Shown here: one piece after another, positions 24,020-36,419 of the stretch
How the letters are laid out: each line of letters begins with the position of its first letter
How positions within the stretch are numbered: the stretch's first letter is position 1
From: Scyliorhinus canicula
Lineage: Eukaryota
Direction: 5' to 3'
Length of the DNA stretch: 64,000 nucleotides
Assembly (NCBI RefSeq): GCF_902713615.1
Contig: NC_052147.1
Location: forward strand, 196,813,764-196,877,763
The notes under the pieces: generated by a model
Databases searched by the model: none
The model's input: the letters and a program-made list of their open reading frames with translations, nothing else
Told to the model about the DNA's origin: nothing
Translations under genes and position numbers: made by a program

Positions 24020-26046
24020 TACCAGCTGCCAAGAGATCTGGGAGAAATCATGGAGAGCATCAGCTCCATGCAGGCGGGGAAGACACTGGGACCCCACGGG
24101 TTCCCGGCAACTTCTATAAAAAAAATCTGCTCCAGCCCTGGCCCCACACCTATGTTCACTGATTCGCTGGCAAAGGGCACTCTGCCGCCTACGCTAGCAC
24201 AGGCCACAAACACATACCCAAAAAAGATAAAGACCCGACGGAATGGGGATCATTTATACCCATTTCGCTGTTGAATGTTAATGCAAAAATACTCAAAGAT
24301 CCTGGCCAAAAGGCCGGAGGGCTGCGTCCCGGAGGTCGTCGCAGAGGACCAAACAGGCTTTGTCAAGGGTAGGCAACTCACTGCGAACATTGGAGGGCTG
24401 CGGAATGTAATAATGACCCTTCCCGGGAGAAAACACCGGAGGTGATTGACTCCCTGGACGCAGAAAAGGCCTTCGACAGAGTCGAATGGAAGTACCTCCT
24501 CGAGGTACTGGAACGGTGTGGGCTGGGAGCGGGATTCACCACCGAGGTGAGACTCCTGTACAATGCTCCCAAGGCGAGCGTTCGAACCAACACCACAGAT
24601 CTGAATACTTCCTGTTACAGAAAGGAACAAGACAGGGCTGCCCACTGTCCCCTCTTTGGTTCGTGCTAGCGATCAAGCCCCTAGCGATAGCCCTGCGGGA
24701 CGCGAAGCTGGAAGGGCATCCGGAGAGAAGACAGAGAGCACAGAGTTTCACTCTATGTGGATGTCCTGCTACTTATGTCTCGAAGCCACAGGAGGTACTG
24801 AAGGCAATACTGCAGATCCTGAAAGAGTTTGGAACCTTTTCGGGCTACAAACTTACCTGGGCATAAGTGAGGCATTCCCAGTGAACCCAATTGGAAGGGG
24901 CAGTGCTGGAAGAGCTCCCGTAGAAAATGGCCCAGAACAGATTCCGTTACCTGGGGATCCAGCTAGCCAGAGACTGGACACAGATCCACAGGTGGAACCT
25001 GACCAGTCTGGTGGAGGAAGTAAAAAAGGACCTACAGAGGGTGGGGGCTCACTCCCACTCGCCCTGGCAGGGGGAGTGCAGACGATCAAGATGAACGTAC
25101 TGCCAAGGTTTCTCTTCCTGTTTAGATCCATACCGAAATTCATCGCCACAAAGGTGGGGTGGGGATTCTGGAGTGAAGCACAGAGCATGGCTGCCTCCAC
25201 CTCCTCCTACGCAAGCCTAAGCCAAATGCAGCTCTAGGTGGTGCACAAAGCACACCTGAGCAGAATCCAAATGAGCAGGTTCTTCCAGAGGTGGAGGACA
25301 AATGTGAACGGTGCCAGAGGGGCCCGGCCAACCACACCCACATGTTTTGGGCTTATCCCATACTTGCTGTGATCTAGACAGCCTTGGCCCTGGCCATGTC
25401 CAAGGTTGTGGGGGCGAGAGTGAAGCCATGCCCAAACACGCTTCCCTAATTGTACACCGGAGAATTCTACTGGGCTGGTGATCAGCAGTACCACCCACAG
25501 CTGCAGACTGGGGGGGGGGGGAGGAAGAGAAACAAAGCAAACACAGCCGAAGTTGATGGGAGGGGGGTGGAAGAAAAGGGAGGGGGAGAACTCAAGGAGG
25601 GGGAAGATGGGGCAGGAAGGGTGATGCACCATCAATTGGACTCGAGTCGTAGTGAAGTTCCAAACAACAGGCTTTAATACGCTAGATGTGAGCCCAGCAG
25701 TGGACGTAGAGAGAAAGGCCGACTGCCAGCCAACACGAGCTCTTATACCCTGCCTTGTAGGTGGAGCTACCAACCTCTCAGCCAATCGGCAGGGAGTCAC
25801 ATGACTTGCCTGGGCCAATGGGCAGCGAGGCTGCTGTACCAATGGCAGCCTGGTTCTCCGGTAATATGATCTCTCTAGCCATACTACCACAAAGCGACCA
25901 CAGGTCGAGCCAGAGGGCGGTGAAATGTACAAAAGTAAATTAAGGGAAGGACAGGATAAACCTCTCTGTACAATAAAATAAATCAACATGATAAAAATTG
26001 TTCAGAAATGTGGAAAATGCCAATAAAAAAAATGTTTTAAAAAAAC
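24020..26046 (+). mobile_element. L1-clade LINE, 5'-truncated with internal deletions
   Basis: [58 protein letters not shown]; AATAAA + A-rich tail at 26022-26046. Confidence 0.92.
25622..25891 (-). mobile_element. Solo LTR in L1 3'UTR
   Basis: TGATG...ACCACA termini; TSD AAGGG/AAGCG; minus-strand TATAAG and ATTAAA. Confidence 0.8.
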
Positions 26047-26049
26047 AAT

Positions 26050-27990
26050 GTCACCAAAGACAGCAATATCGCCAACCCCCCTAATGTTCAATGGTACCCA
26101 ATTCTCGGAAGTGTATAATAAACAGCCGCCATGAATTGTGAAACCTTCCTTCAGCTGAAATTTCACCGTCCTGACAGTCAAAGAAATTCAAGTAGGTCCC
26201 CCCTGCACCCCACCAAGCTGTGCCACAGGATGGAGAAGCTAACCTCCATCCCAACAGGACCCGCCTCCGGGCAATCAGTGAGGTAAAGGCTAAGATCTGC
26301 CACACACACGCCTGCCACCCGAGCTGCCCAAACCAGTCCAACCCCCCCTCCCCCAAAGGCTTCCAAGGGCCCTGGTTCCACGTTCACAAGCACTAACCCC
26401 CAGATAACCCTGAAAATCCTCCCTTCAACAAACCCCTCGTATTCCACGTAATTATTCTAACCGGGGGTCTTCCCCCACCCCCCTCCTCTCCTATCCACCA
26501 TCATAACTCCAGCCCTGCCCACTGGGCTTGGCCCGCCCCGTCCATTGAGCCCCTTCCACCCCCTCCCAGAATCCTCCCATCCACTTCCTCTCGAAAACAC
26601 CTCACCCAGTATCGGTCCCTCCCCCAACCTTTCACACCACCTAGGCCCATCGAAACCTGTTCTACCAGGCTCTGATGGCCCCTCCCCCCCCCCACCACAG
26701 TCCGGTTCACTGGCCAGCTTGAGCTAGCCAGTGTGGAGGCCCCTGCCCAGGCCTCACTCACCTCCAATCCCCGTCCTTTCCCAGGAAAAATAAGAAATCC
26801 CCTTCAACACACAACCCCCGTGTAAACACACAAACCCCAAAGAACCATCATTGCAAAAGAAAATCCCAACTCTTACCTTGTCCAAATAGGCAACTTAAAC
26901 TCATTTAGCACATATAAGAACATAGTGAAAAACAGAGCGACACACACTCCTCCACCCCCTCCCACCCTCAGTCCAAGACCAACCCTCAGTCCCATTTCTC
27001 ACTTCTGCCCCAGTCCTTCTGCCTTGACAAACACCCCCCTGCTTCCACTGTCTCAAATTAGTCTTTGGAGGTGTAGGTCACCCTCAATTTAGCTGGGTAT
27101 ACTATGCCGAACAACACCCTGCTGTTATACAGTGCAGTCTTCACTCGGCCGAAGGCCGCCCGCCTCCTCGCCAACACCACAGTAAACTCCTGATATATAC
27201 ATATACCAGCTCCAGCCCACTGCACTTCCTGCTTCTGCTTTGCCCAACACAGGACCTTCTCCTTCACACGGTACCTACAAAGACAAATAATCACTGCTCT
27301 TTGCGGCTCATTCGCCTTTGGTTTGACCTCCATGCCCTATGATCCCAATCTAGTTCGTACCAAGACGGATCTTTCCCCCTCCCCCAACAGCTCCACCAAC
27401 ATCTTGACAAAATACTCCGTCGGCCTCAGGCCCTCCACCTCTTTGGGCAGGCCTACGACCCTCAGAATTTGCTGCCTAGATCTGTTTTCCAGTTCCTCCA
27501 CTTTGGCTCGCGGACCCGATCACGGTGTTACGACGAGGCCTCTTCCACTCCCTTTATTTTCTCACCCTGCTCCCGCACCTCGGTCGATGTTCTCGACACC
27601 GCCGCCTTCACCGGGGCAACGCTCCTCCATCAGCACCTTCAAAGCTGCCATCATTTCCTTCTTCATCACCTCCATGTGCTTTGTGACCTGTTTTTCAAGT
27701 TCCACAGCCATCACCTCGGTCACCTTTTCTGCAGGGAACAGTGCAGCCCCACCCAGCCTCCGCTATCCTTCCATTTGCCGAGCCGACTCTTCCACACAAT
27801 GGCGAACCTTCACTCGCCCACTTCTTCAAGGCAGCTTTCCTTTCGGTATTGGACATCTTTCTTCCTTATGTCTTCTTGAACTTATTTAACCAAAAATTGC
27901 CCCTGGGACCGGGCATTAAATGCTAAAACATCAAGCCTTGAGCAGATGCCATCCAATGTGCGACCTCCTCCTACATGCCACCATCGGAAG
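26050..27990 (-). mobile_element. L1-clade LINE: 5'UTR + ORF1 + inter-ORF joined to ORF2 C-terminus; EN and RT absent
   Basis: Starts CTTCCGATGG; ORF1 KPKANEPQRAVIICLCRYRVKEKVLCWAKQK...VYPAKLRVTY; ORF2 end LAFTSLIARRRVLLGWR. Confidence 0.9.
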
Positions 27991-28162
27991 CCTGTTATTA
28001 CTCTTTTATAACTATCCTACGGTGAGAGGCTTGTGGACACAGGGTCAGGCAGACCAGAATTCAGTTCCTCTCTCCCCCAAAGCTTCTCCACAACTTACTG
28101 CCTCTCTGCATTCCTGGGTTCCACCCAGAAACAACCTCATCGCCTCAAGCTGAAAAACAATT

Positions 28163-28660
28163 GGGCCGGGATTCTCTAAGCCTCCGTGCTGCAATCGCGT
28201 GGGGGCGGAGAATGGGCGTCAGACCCACGATCGGGTCTGACCTGTTCCCATCGCCGCCAATCGCCCGCGCGTGCGGTCGACGTGGCGCCGGTCGGGGGCC
28301 ATTTGAAAGAGGCCTCCATGGTGATTCTCCAGCAACAACTGGCCGAGTTCCCGCCAGCGTAGTTCACTGATGGTTTCACCCGGCAGAAGCTCGCAATAGT
28401 AGCGGCGGACACGGGGGATCCGTCACCAGGGGGGGGGGATGGCTGGGCTAGCGATCGGGGGCCACCGATCAGCGGGCGCAGGCGATCTCGGGGGGTGGGG
28501 GGCCTACATTGTCGGGGCTGGCCTGCGGTGTGGGTCTGCCCTGTTGTGCAGGGCCGCTGCCGCCCTGCGCATGCGTGGAAGGAAGTGCAGAGCCCGGTAT
28601 CGGCAGCGCAGGGCCCCGGATCGGCAGCTGGAGCTGCGAGGAGCACCCTCCCCCCCCCTG
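28163..28660. mobile_element. GC/CpG-rich Harbinger-type MITE, one end missing
   Basis: Starts GGGCCGGGATTCTC, the TIR shared with 30267, 34339 and 48251. Confidence 0.75.
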
Positions 28661-29324
28661 TTTCAACTGCTTCATTTTATAATTGGCTTGCATAATCATC
28701 CATTACATGATCTGACAGAATTTGCCATCAACAATGGGGATACTTAAAACCATTGAGTCAAATCTCCAATTATGCACTAGTAATGCAAAGTGTTTGACTC
28801 AGACATCCAACAGTGGTTTGCCCTTTGTTGTGCAAGCTGCTAATGTTTTCTGCTTTATGCCACTTTCGCACGCAGTGAATTTATTAAAATTTCTCCTTCA
28901 GTTTATGGTAGGCAACAATATCCCTTTTAAAGATGCAACACTGAAAATTAGCAATCTCTATTGGTCAAGATTAATCAAAAAGTCAATTCTAATCACTTGT
29001 TAATTTGAAGGTTATGTCACAAAAGAGTTTCACTGAACCAGGATTTGGCTTGAAAATAATAATCTCCGCAATGTAATCGAATAAAAAATTCTCGTTCAAG
29101 ACTGCAAGCAATTGTCTTCACAGCCGACACAAATTGCATTCAAAAAACACCTTGGGGAATGGTTGCATGTGATATTCATACATGGCTGATCTGATAATGC
29201 TGAAGGGGAATGGACTTATTGCACACTGTGCTCACACATGCTGCAGCTTAGTCACATATAGTGGGCAAATTAGAATAATAGTTGAGCTGGAATCGCAGAA
29301 CTCTAAAATTCCTAGCCAAATAAC

Positions 29325-29434
29325 CTTATACACAACAATGAATCTTGGGAACTTCCATGGCGAGGAAATATCTGCGCCAGCCCTCCAGAGAGCCATTAAA
29401 GTCAGCAGAGGCAGCACTACGATCATTAGTCTGC
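29325..29434 (-). other. Candidate host exon (110 bp) encoding a hydrophobic, signal-peptide-like stretch
   Basis: CTATTTTCAG acceptor, AAG|GTTATT donor, only one open frame RLMIVVLPLLTLMALWRAGADISSPWKFPRFIVVYK; non-repeat DNA. Confidence 0.3.
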
Positions 29435-29837
29435 CTGAAAATAGATTAAAGCTCAGCTGTCACCTCAAAAAACAGAAAATGTTATCAAATTCAATAATTT
29501 TATAATTGCATCAGCAAAGCTAAGCAGCAGGTTGGTCTCAGTGCACCTAGATTAAACAACAAATAAGTGAAAGTGTTTTGTTTGGATTAAGCGAATCCTT
29601 CAATTTTGCTCTAAGTGGTATGTCTGGCTTTAAGTTCTTTATGAAAATGAATCAATTATTTATATTACTTCTCTCATCCTCCTGTCCTCCAACCTTATGA
29701 AAGCAAAATCTGGTCACTGAACAGGAGTGTAAAAAACTGTTCATTTCCATCTGTTGACAGATCTAGAATAAGAAAACATTGATATTAAATTAAATTTGAG
29801 ATTTAGGATCGAGAGCACTGGACAACAAGGCTGTGAA

Positions 29838-29932
29838 GAATAATAATAATAATCTTTTATTGTCACAAGTATGAAGTTACTGTGAAAAGCCCCTAGTCGC
29901 CACATTCCAGCGCCTGTTCGGGTAAGCTGGTA
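29838..29932 (-). mobile_element. SINE 3' tail fragment with (TTA)n end
   Basis: AATAATAATAATC...GTGAAAAGCCCCTAGTCGCCACATTCC. Confidence 0.85.
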
Positions 29933-30266
29933 AATGCGCTATGTTGCATTGATTGAAGCAGGGAACATCAACATGGCTATTCAAGTGGTTGGAGCAAAAG
30001 GGAATGAAAAGAATATGGGGACAGACTAAGTACAAGGATTAGGACTACTATTCTCATGTAGAAGAAACACAGAACTAAGGACTAGTTGGATCAAATGGCC
30101 TGTTTTCACAATGTAATTTCTATACAATTATATTTTCTGGACATGTTATGTTTGACCTTGACCACCACTTCTTGAAATTGAAGTTGTGGAATTTTCCACT
30201 CGAAGGCTGTGGATGGTCAGTAATTGAGATATTTAAGAGCGATATCCATAAAGGTTTGGATACTAA

Positions 30267-30410
30267 GGGCGGGATTCTCCAGTTCCCCAGCCATGTGCTT
30301 CTCGGCCACGTATTTTCCCATTGAAACCACCCCACGCTGCCAGGAAACCTGTGGGCAGGAGTGTGTTGCCAGCGGGAAAAGTGAATCGCAGTGACCAGAG
30401 AATTATGGCC
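30267..30410. mobile_element. PIF/Harbinger MITE (144 bp) inside a CR1 3' end
   Basis: GGGCGGGATTCTC...GAGAATTATGGCC termini; 3-bp TAA TSD on both sides. Confidence 0.85.
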
Positions 30411-30574
30411 TAAGGGAGCCAAAGGGATATAGAAACGTGTGAGTGTGTGTGTGCGAGCATGTTGTGTGTGTGTGTGTGTGGGGGTGGGGGGGGGGTAGTG
30501 AAATTGAGGTAGAACACCAGCCATAATCATAAGAACGGCAGAGCAGACTTGAGTGACCAAACGGCCTACTCCTA

Positions 30575-31472
30575 TTGGGAAAGTGTTGGAGCACATTACT
30601 AAGGACGTAACAGCAGAGCATTTAGAAATGCATAATATGATCAAGTAGTGGCTGCATGACTTCATGAAGGGGAAATCATGTCTAATTAATTTATTAGGAT
30701 TCTTTGAGGTGGCAATGATAGATAAAGGGGAATCAGTAAGGTAATGTATTTGGATTTTCAAAAAGCTTTTGATGATGGACCACACAAAAGGCTACTAAAT
30801 AAGATAAGAGCCCATGGTGTTGATGGTAGTATATGAACATGGATAGAGGATTAGCTAACTGATAGAAGACAGAGAGTTGGGTTAAGAGGGGATTTTTCAG
30901 GATGGCAACTAGTGCAGTGCCACAGGGATCCATGCTAGGACCACAATTATTTACAATATATATCAATGACTTAGACGAGGGAAGTGATTATTACCAGGTT
31001 TGCGGATGACACTGAAAAAGGTGGAAAACAAGTGGTGTGGATGACAGAGTCTACAGAGCGATATAGGCAGGTTAGGTGAGTGGGCAGAGACTAAGCAGAT
31101 GGAATATCGTGTCGGAAAATGTAAAGTTATACACTTTGGTAGGAAGAATAAAGGAGCTGAATATTATTTAAGTGGAGAAAGACTGCATTAAGCTGCAGCA
31201 CAGAGGGGTCCCCATGCATAAATTGAAAAATGCTAGCATGCAATTTCAGCAGGTAATAGGGAATACAAATGGAATGTTGGCCATTATTCCAAAGGAAATG
31301 GAATATAAAAATATGGAATCTTGCTAAAACTATACAAGGCACTCATTAAACCACACCTGGAATACTGTGAACAGTTTTGGTCCCCTTATCTAAAGAAAAG
31401 ATATACTGGCATTGGAGCCAGTCCAGAGAAGGTTCACTAGGTTAACCCAAGGTATGGAGGGATTTTCCGATG
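30575..31472 (+). mobile_element. CR1 RT fragment (second copy at ~32255-33152)
   Basis: [44 protein letters not shown]. Confidence 0.92.
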
Positions 31473-31484
31473 AGAGCAGAAAAC

Positions 31485-31672
31485 GGTTCCACGATTGGGC
31501 AGCACTTGCTGAACAATCCAGAGTGCCCTGACTACACGTTTCTCTTTTCAGCAGGACTAAGAAAGCTGTTTCATGCGGATATGATGCAATAGTTACGCAA
31601 GTGGTATTTTCCACGAACTGGATTCTGCTGTCAGTCCAAAATAATGTTTTGCCTACCATAAAAGTGAGCAAT
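31485..31672 (+). mobile_element. Penelope ORF fragments (second copy ~1680 bp downstream)
   Basis: STIGQHLLNNPEC (GIY-YIG C-terminal motif) and VVFSTNWILLSVQNNVLPT (linker before GIY-YIG). Confidence 0.6.
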
Positions 31673-34338
31673 GCTGGAAAGGTAAATATGGAAGACTTTG
31701 GATCACCTTGCAGTCACTGCAATCCCAATTTTCATGTGAGCCTCATCACTTATTCAATTAGTTTCATTCACCTTTTGTGAAGCTCTGGGTCGTGGCAATT
31801 TCTCAGAATTTTGCTCCCAAGTATTTTGCAAGTTTTTAATGCAGAGCTAACAATTTTCATCAATATAGTGCAAACTTTGAAGCTTCATGATTTTGCACAA
31901 ATAATTGAGATTACATAAAGGATTTACTGTCGTGTATCTTTTAATGTGAACTTCTCATATAGGCCACACTTATGAACAGCAACAACTGCAAATATAATTA
32001 ATTTGGTGAATGGAATATGTAGCTGATTGGAAGCTGGAGGAACAATGAATGTTTGAATACCTTATGAGGTCAATTTGTTTGTTTTTCAAAATTTGTGATA
32101 ATTGAATAAACCTTAAGTTGCTAACTCATTACATTTACTATTTTAGTACTGCTGGCACATGATGGATGTACACAATAGTGAAATTGAGGTAGAACACCAG
32201 CCATAATCATAAGAACGGCAGAGCAGACTTGAGTGACCAAACGGCCTACTCCTATTGGGAAAGTGTTGGAGCACATTACTAAGGACGTAACAGCAGAGCA
32301 TTTAGAAATGCATAATATGATCAAGTAGTGGCTGCATGACTTCATGAAGGGGAAATCATGTCTAATTAATTTATTAGGATTCTTTGAGGTGGCAATGATA
32401 GATAAAGGGGAATCAGTAAGGTAATGTATTTGGATTTTCAAAAAGCTTTTGATGATGGACCACACAAAAGGCTACTAAATAAGATAAGAGCCCATGGTGT
32501 TGATGGTAGTATATGAACATGGATAGAGGATTAGCTAACTGATAGAAGACAGAGAGTTGGGTTAAGAGGGGATTTTTCAGGATGGCAACTAGTGCAGTGC
32601 CACAGGGATCCATGCTAGGACCACAATTATTTACAATATATATCAATGACTTAGACGAGGGAAGTGATTATTACCAGGTTTGCGGATGACACTGAAAAAG
32701 GTGGAAAACAAGTGGTGTGGATGACAGAGTCTACAGAGCGATATAGGCAGGTTAGGTGAGTGGGCAGAGACTAAGCAGATGGAATATCGTGTCGGAAAAT
32801 GTAAAGTTATACACTTTGGTAGGAAGAATAAAGGAGCTGAATATTATTTAAGTGGAGAAAGACTGCATTAAGCTGCAGCACAGAGGGGTCCCCATGCATA
32901 AATTGAAAAATGCTAGCATGCAATTTCAGCAGGTAATAGGGAATACAAATGGAATGTTGGCCATTATTCCAAAGGAAATGGAATATAAAAATATGGAATC
33001 TTGCTAAAACTATACAAGGCACTCATTAAACCACACCTGGAATACTGTGAACAGTTTTGGTCCCCTTATCTAAAGAAAAGATATACTGGCATTGGAGCCA
33101 GTCCAGAGAAGGTTCACTAGGTTAACCCAAGGTATGGAGGGATTTTCCGATGAGAGCAGAAACGGTTCCACGATTGGGCAGCACTTGCTGAACAATCCAG
33201 AGTGCCCTGACTACACGTTTCTCTTTTCAGCAGGACTAAGAAAGCTGTTTCATGCGGATATGATGCAATAGTTACGCAAGTGGTATTTTCCACGAACTGG
33301 ATTCTGCTGTCAGTCCAAAATAATGTTTTGCCTACCATAAAAGTGAGCAATGCTGGAAAGGTAAATATGGAAGACTTTGGATCACCTTGCAGTCACTGCA
33401 ATCCCAATTTTCATGTGAGCCTCATCACTTATTCAATTAGTTTCATTCACCTTTTGTGAAGCTCTGGGTCGTGGCAATTTCTCAGAATTTTGCTCCCAAG
33501 TATTTTGCAAGTTTTTAATGCAGAGCTAACAATTTTCATCAATATAGTGCAAACTTTGAAGCTTCATGATTTTGCACAAATAATTGAGATTACATAAAGG
33601 ATTTACTGTCGTGTATCTTTTAATGTGAACTTCTCATATAGGCCACACTTATGAACAGCAACAACTGCAAATATAATTAATTTGGTGAATGGAATATGTA
33701 GCTGATTGGAAGCTGGAGGAACAATGAATGTTTGAATACCTTATGAGGTCAATTTGTTTGTTTTTCAAAATTTGTGATAATTGAATAAACCTTAAGTTGC
33801 TAACTCATTACATTTACTATTTTAGTACTGCTGGCACATGATGGATGTACACATCAGGAAATTACCCACTCCCAGCCTGTAATTTCCCATCCATTAATTT
33901 TAAGCGGGAGGTTTATCCTTAAAACACTTTATATCAGGAACAGAGCAGACAAGCTGCTAATAAGAAAATTAACAGGGTATGGTTATTGAGGTTTTAAAAT
34001 AAGTTGTTAATGGGTCATGGAGGGGCTAAAAAAGGAGGGGCTGGCACTAATCAAACAGGAGGGATCTGAAGTTCTGATCCCATTTTCTCAGACCTCACCT
34101 TCAACAGGTTTTGTAGAAGCTGTTTCCGCTAGTATCATCAGATTGCAGAAAGCTCCAATAATTCCATAATCTGCTCAACTCCTGTATTGTCCCACATGGG
34201 GCCTATGGGGTGGAATGATTATCTCCCCCATGGCCCTTGCGGAGCACGATCTCTATTATCCTCTGTATAAAAGGTCAGCTAGTAAGGCACAGACCAGGAA
34301 GGGGTTTGTGAAGAGATTGTGCTGTAAATAGAAACTTT

Positions 34339-35048
34339 GGGCAGGATTCCTCCATAATCGGCAGGGCGGGCAACTCCGGCGGGACGGAGTGGCGTGAACC
34401 ACTCTGTCGTCAGGCCGACCCAAAGGTACGGAATTCTCCGCACCTTCAGGGGCTAGGCCCGCCAGCTGGCGGGGAAGGGGCTTGGCGCCACATCAACCGG
34501 CGCCAAAGGGCCTCCGCCGGCCGGTGCGAGTTGGCGCAGGCGCGGGAGCAGCAGCGTGTGCTGGCGTCATCCCGCGCATGCGCAGGGGGCTTCGTTTCCG
34601 CACCGGCAATGGCGAACTACTACAGCTGCCGGTGCGGAATAAGAGAGTGCCCCCACGGCACAGGCCAGCCCGCAGATCAGTGGGCCCTGATCATGGGCCA
34701 GGCCACCGTGGAGGCACCTCCCAGGACCAGATCCCCCCCGAGAACCCCAGAGGCCATCCACGGAGCTGGGTCCCGCCGGTAGGGACCTACCTTGATTTAC
34801 GCCGACGGGACCCTCGTTAAACGGGCGGGACTTCGGCCCATCGCAGCCCTGAGAATTCGGGCGGCCCCGGGGCCCATTGAGTCGCGGCAGTCCCCACCAT
34901 TCTCCGAGGCGGGCGGCGCGATCCATGCCGGGGCATTCCTTGGGGGGGGGGGGAGAGAATTTGGATGATGGCAGGGGCGGGATTCACGCCGACCCCTGGC
35001 GATTCTCTGACCCAGCCGGGGGGGGGAAAGAGTCGGAGAATCCCGCCC
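34339..35048. mobile_element. GC/CpG-rich Harbinger-type MITE (~710 bp) in the Gypsy LTR
   Basis: TIRs GGGCAGGATTCCTCC ... GGAGAATCCCGCCC. Confidence 0.85.
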
Positions 35049-35377
35049 CTGGTTTCCATTATTTTACTCGGTGCCGATTCCCCGTTTCCTTACTAAACTG
35101 GTGACGATGATAGGATAAGCGATGACCATGAACATCCAATCGACTTTCACTCCTGAACACCGGCTGCGGCTGAGAGAAAGCATATCCAAATGGAGAAGAC
35201 CTGGTGGCCTTGTTTGGGGTTAACCGGTTTCAAGAGTATGTCTATGGTCGCCAGTTTTTATCATCACGGATCACAAATCATTGTTGGGCCTCTTCTGTGA
35301 AGACAAGGCGGTCCCACCAATTGCATCTGTGAGGATTCAGCGCTGGGCCTCGTTATTGGCTGTTTACGAATACTCTT

Positions 35378-36073
35378 TTCTTTTTTTGAAATAATTTTTA
35401 TTGAAAAATTTTGAATTTATACAACAACGAACCATAATAAAATACCAAAAATAACATTAATATTAGCAATCATAAACATTCGCCCCACCTCCATGAACAA
35501 CACAGCATTTTATCAACAACACAAAATTAAGTTACATAATAGAAACTACAATAAGTATTCCTCCCCCCCCCCCTCCCCGGGTTGCTGCTGCTATTGACCA
35601 AGGTACCTATCTTTGAGCCAGGAAGTCCAGAAAAGGCTGCCATCGTTTATAGAACACATGTATTGATCCTCTCAGGGCAAATTTGACCCTTTCCAGTTTT
35701 ATAAATCCCGCCATGTCACTGATCGAGGTCTCCACACTTGGGGGCCTCGCATCCTTCCACTGTAGCAAGATCCGTCGTCGGGCTACTAGGGACGCAAAGG
35801 CCAGGACACCGGCCTCTTTCGCCTCCTGCACTCCTGGCTCTACCGCAACTCCAAAAATCGCGATTCCCCACCCTGGTTTGACCCTGGATCCAACCACCCT
35901 CGACACCGTCCCCGCCACCCCCTTCCAGAATTCTTCCAGTGCCGGGCATGCCCAGAACATATGGGCGTGGTTCGCTGGACTCCCCGAACATCTGGTGCAC
36001 CTGTCCTCACCCCCAAAGAACCTACTCATCCTAGTCCCGGACATGTCGGCCCGGTGAAACACCTTAAATTGGC
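35378..36073 (-). mobile_element. Young 5'-truncated L1 (~700 bp)
   Basis: Open ORF2 C-terminus (EDRCTRCSGSPANHAHMFWACP...FLDFLAQR); A tail; perfect 14-bp TSD TTACGAATACTCTT (35364-35377/36074-36087). Confidence 0.96.
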
Positions 36074-36419
36074 TTACGAATACTCTTGAGCACCGCCCAG
36101 GCACTCAGATTGAAAGTGCCGTCTCCCCTTGCAAGCTGAATTTGCATACCCCCCTGCAACAGATGATGTAGTTGTGGTTCTGAATTTTATGCAACCCTTG
36201 CCCATAACTGCATCGCGTATTCGGCACTGGACGCAGATCGGTCCCACCCTTGCCAAGGTGTGGTACCTGCTGCTATCCGGTGGGCAGCATCAACAGCTAC
36301 CAGTTGAAAACATTCTCCTCCAAGCCTCAGAGCTGACTGTGGAAGATGGTATCCTCTTTTGGGGCATGAGGGTTGTTGTTCCGATGAAGGGCCAGGCAAT
36401 CGTGTTGAAGGACCTTCAC

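Larger units (their letters stand above)
30496..33853 (+). repeat. Tandem duplication, 2 x ~1680 bp (30496-32175, 32176-33853)
   Basis: Units match line for line; the only difference I saw is GCAGAAAACGG vs GCAGAAACGG; ORF track repeats with 1680-bp offset. Confidence 0.97.
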
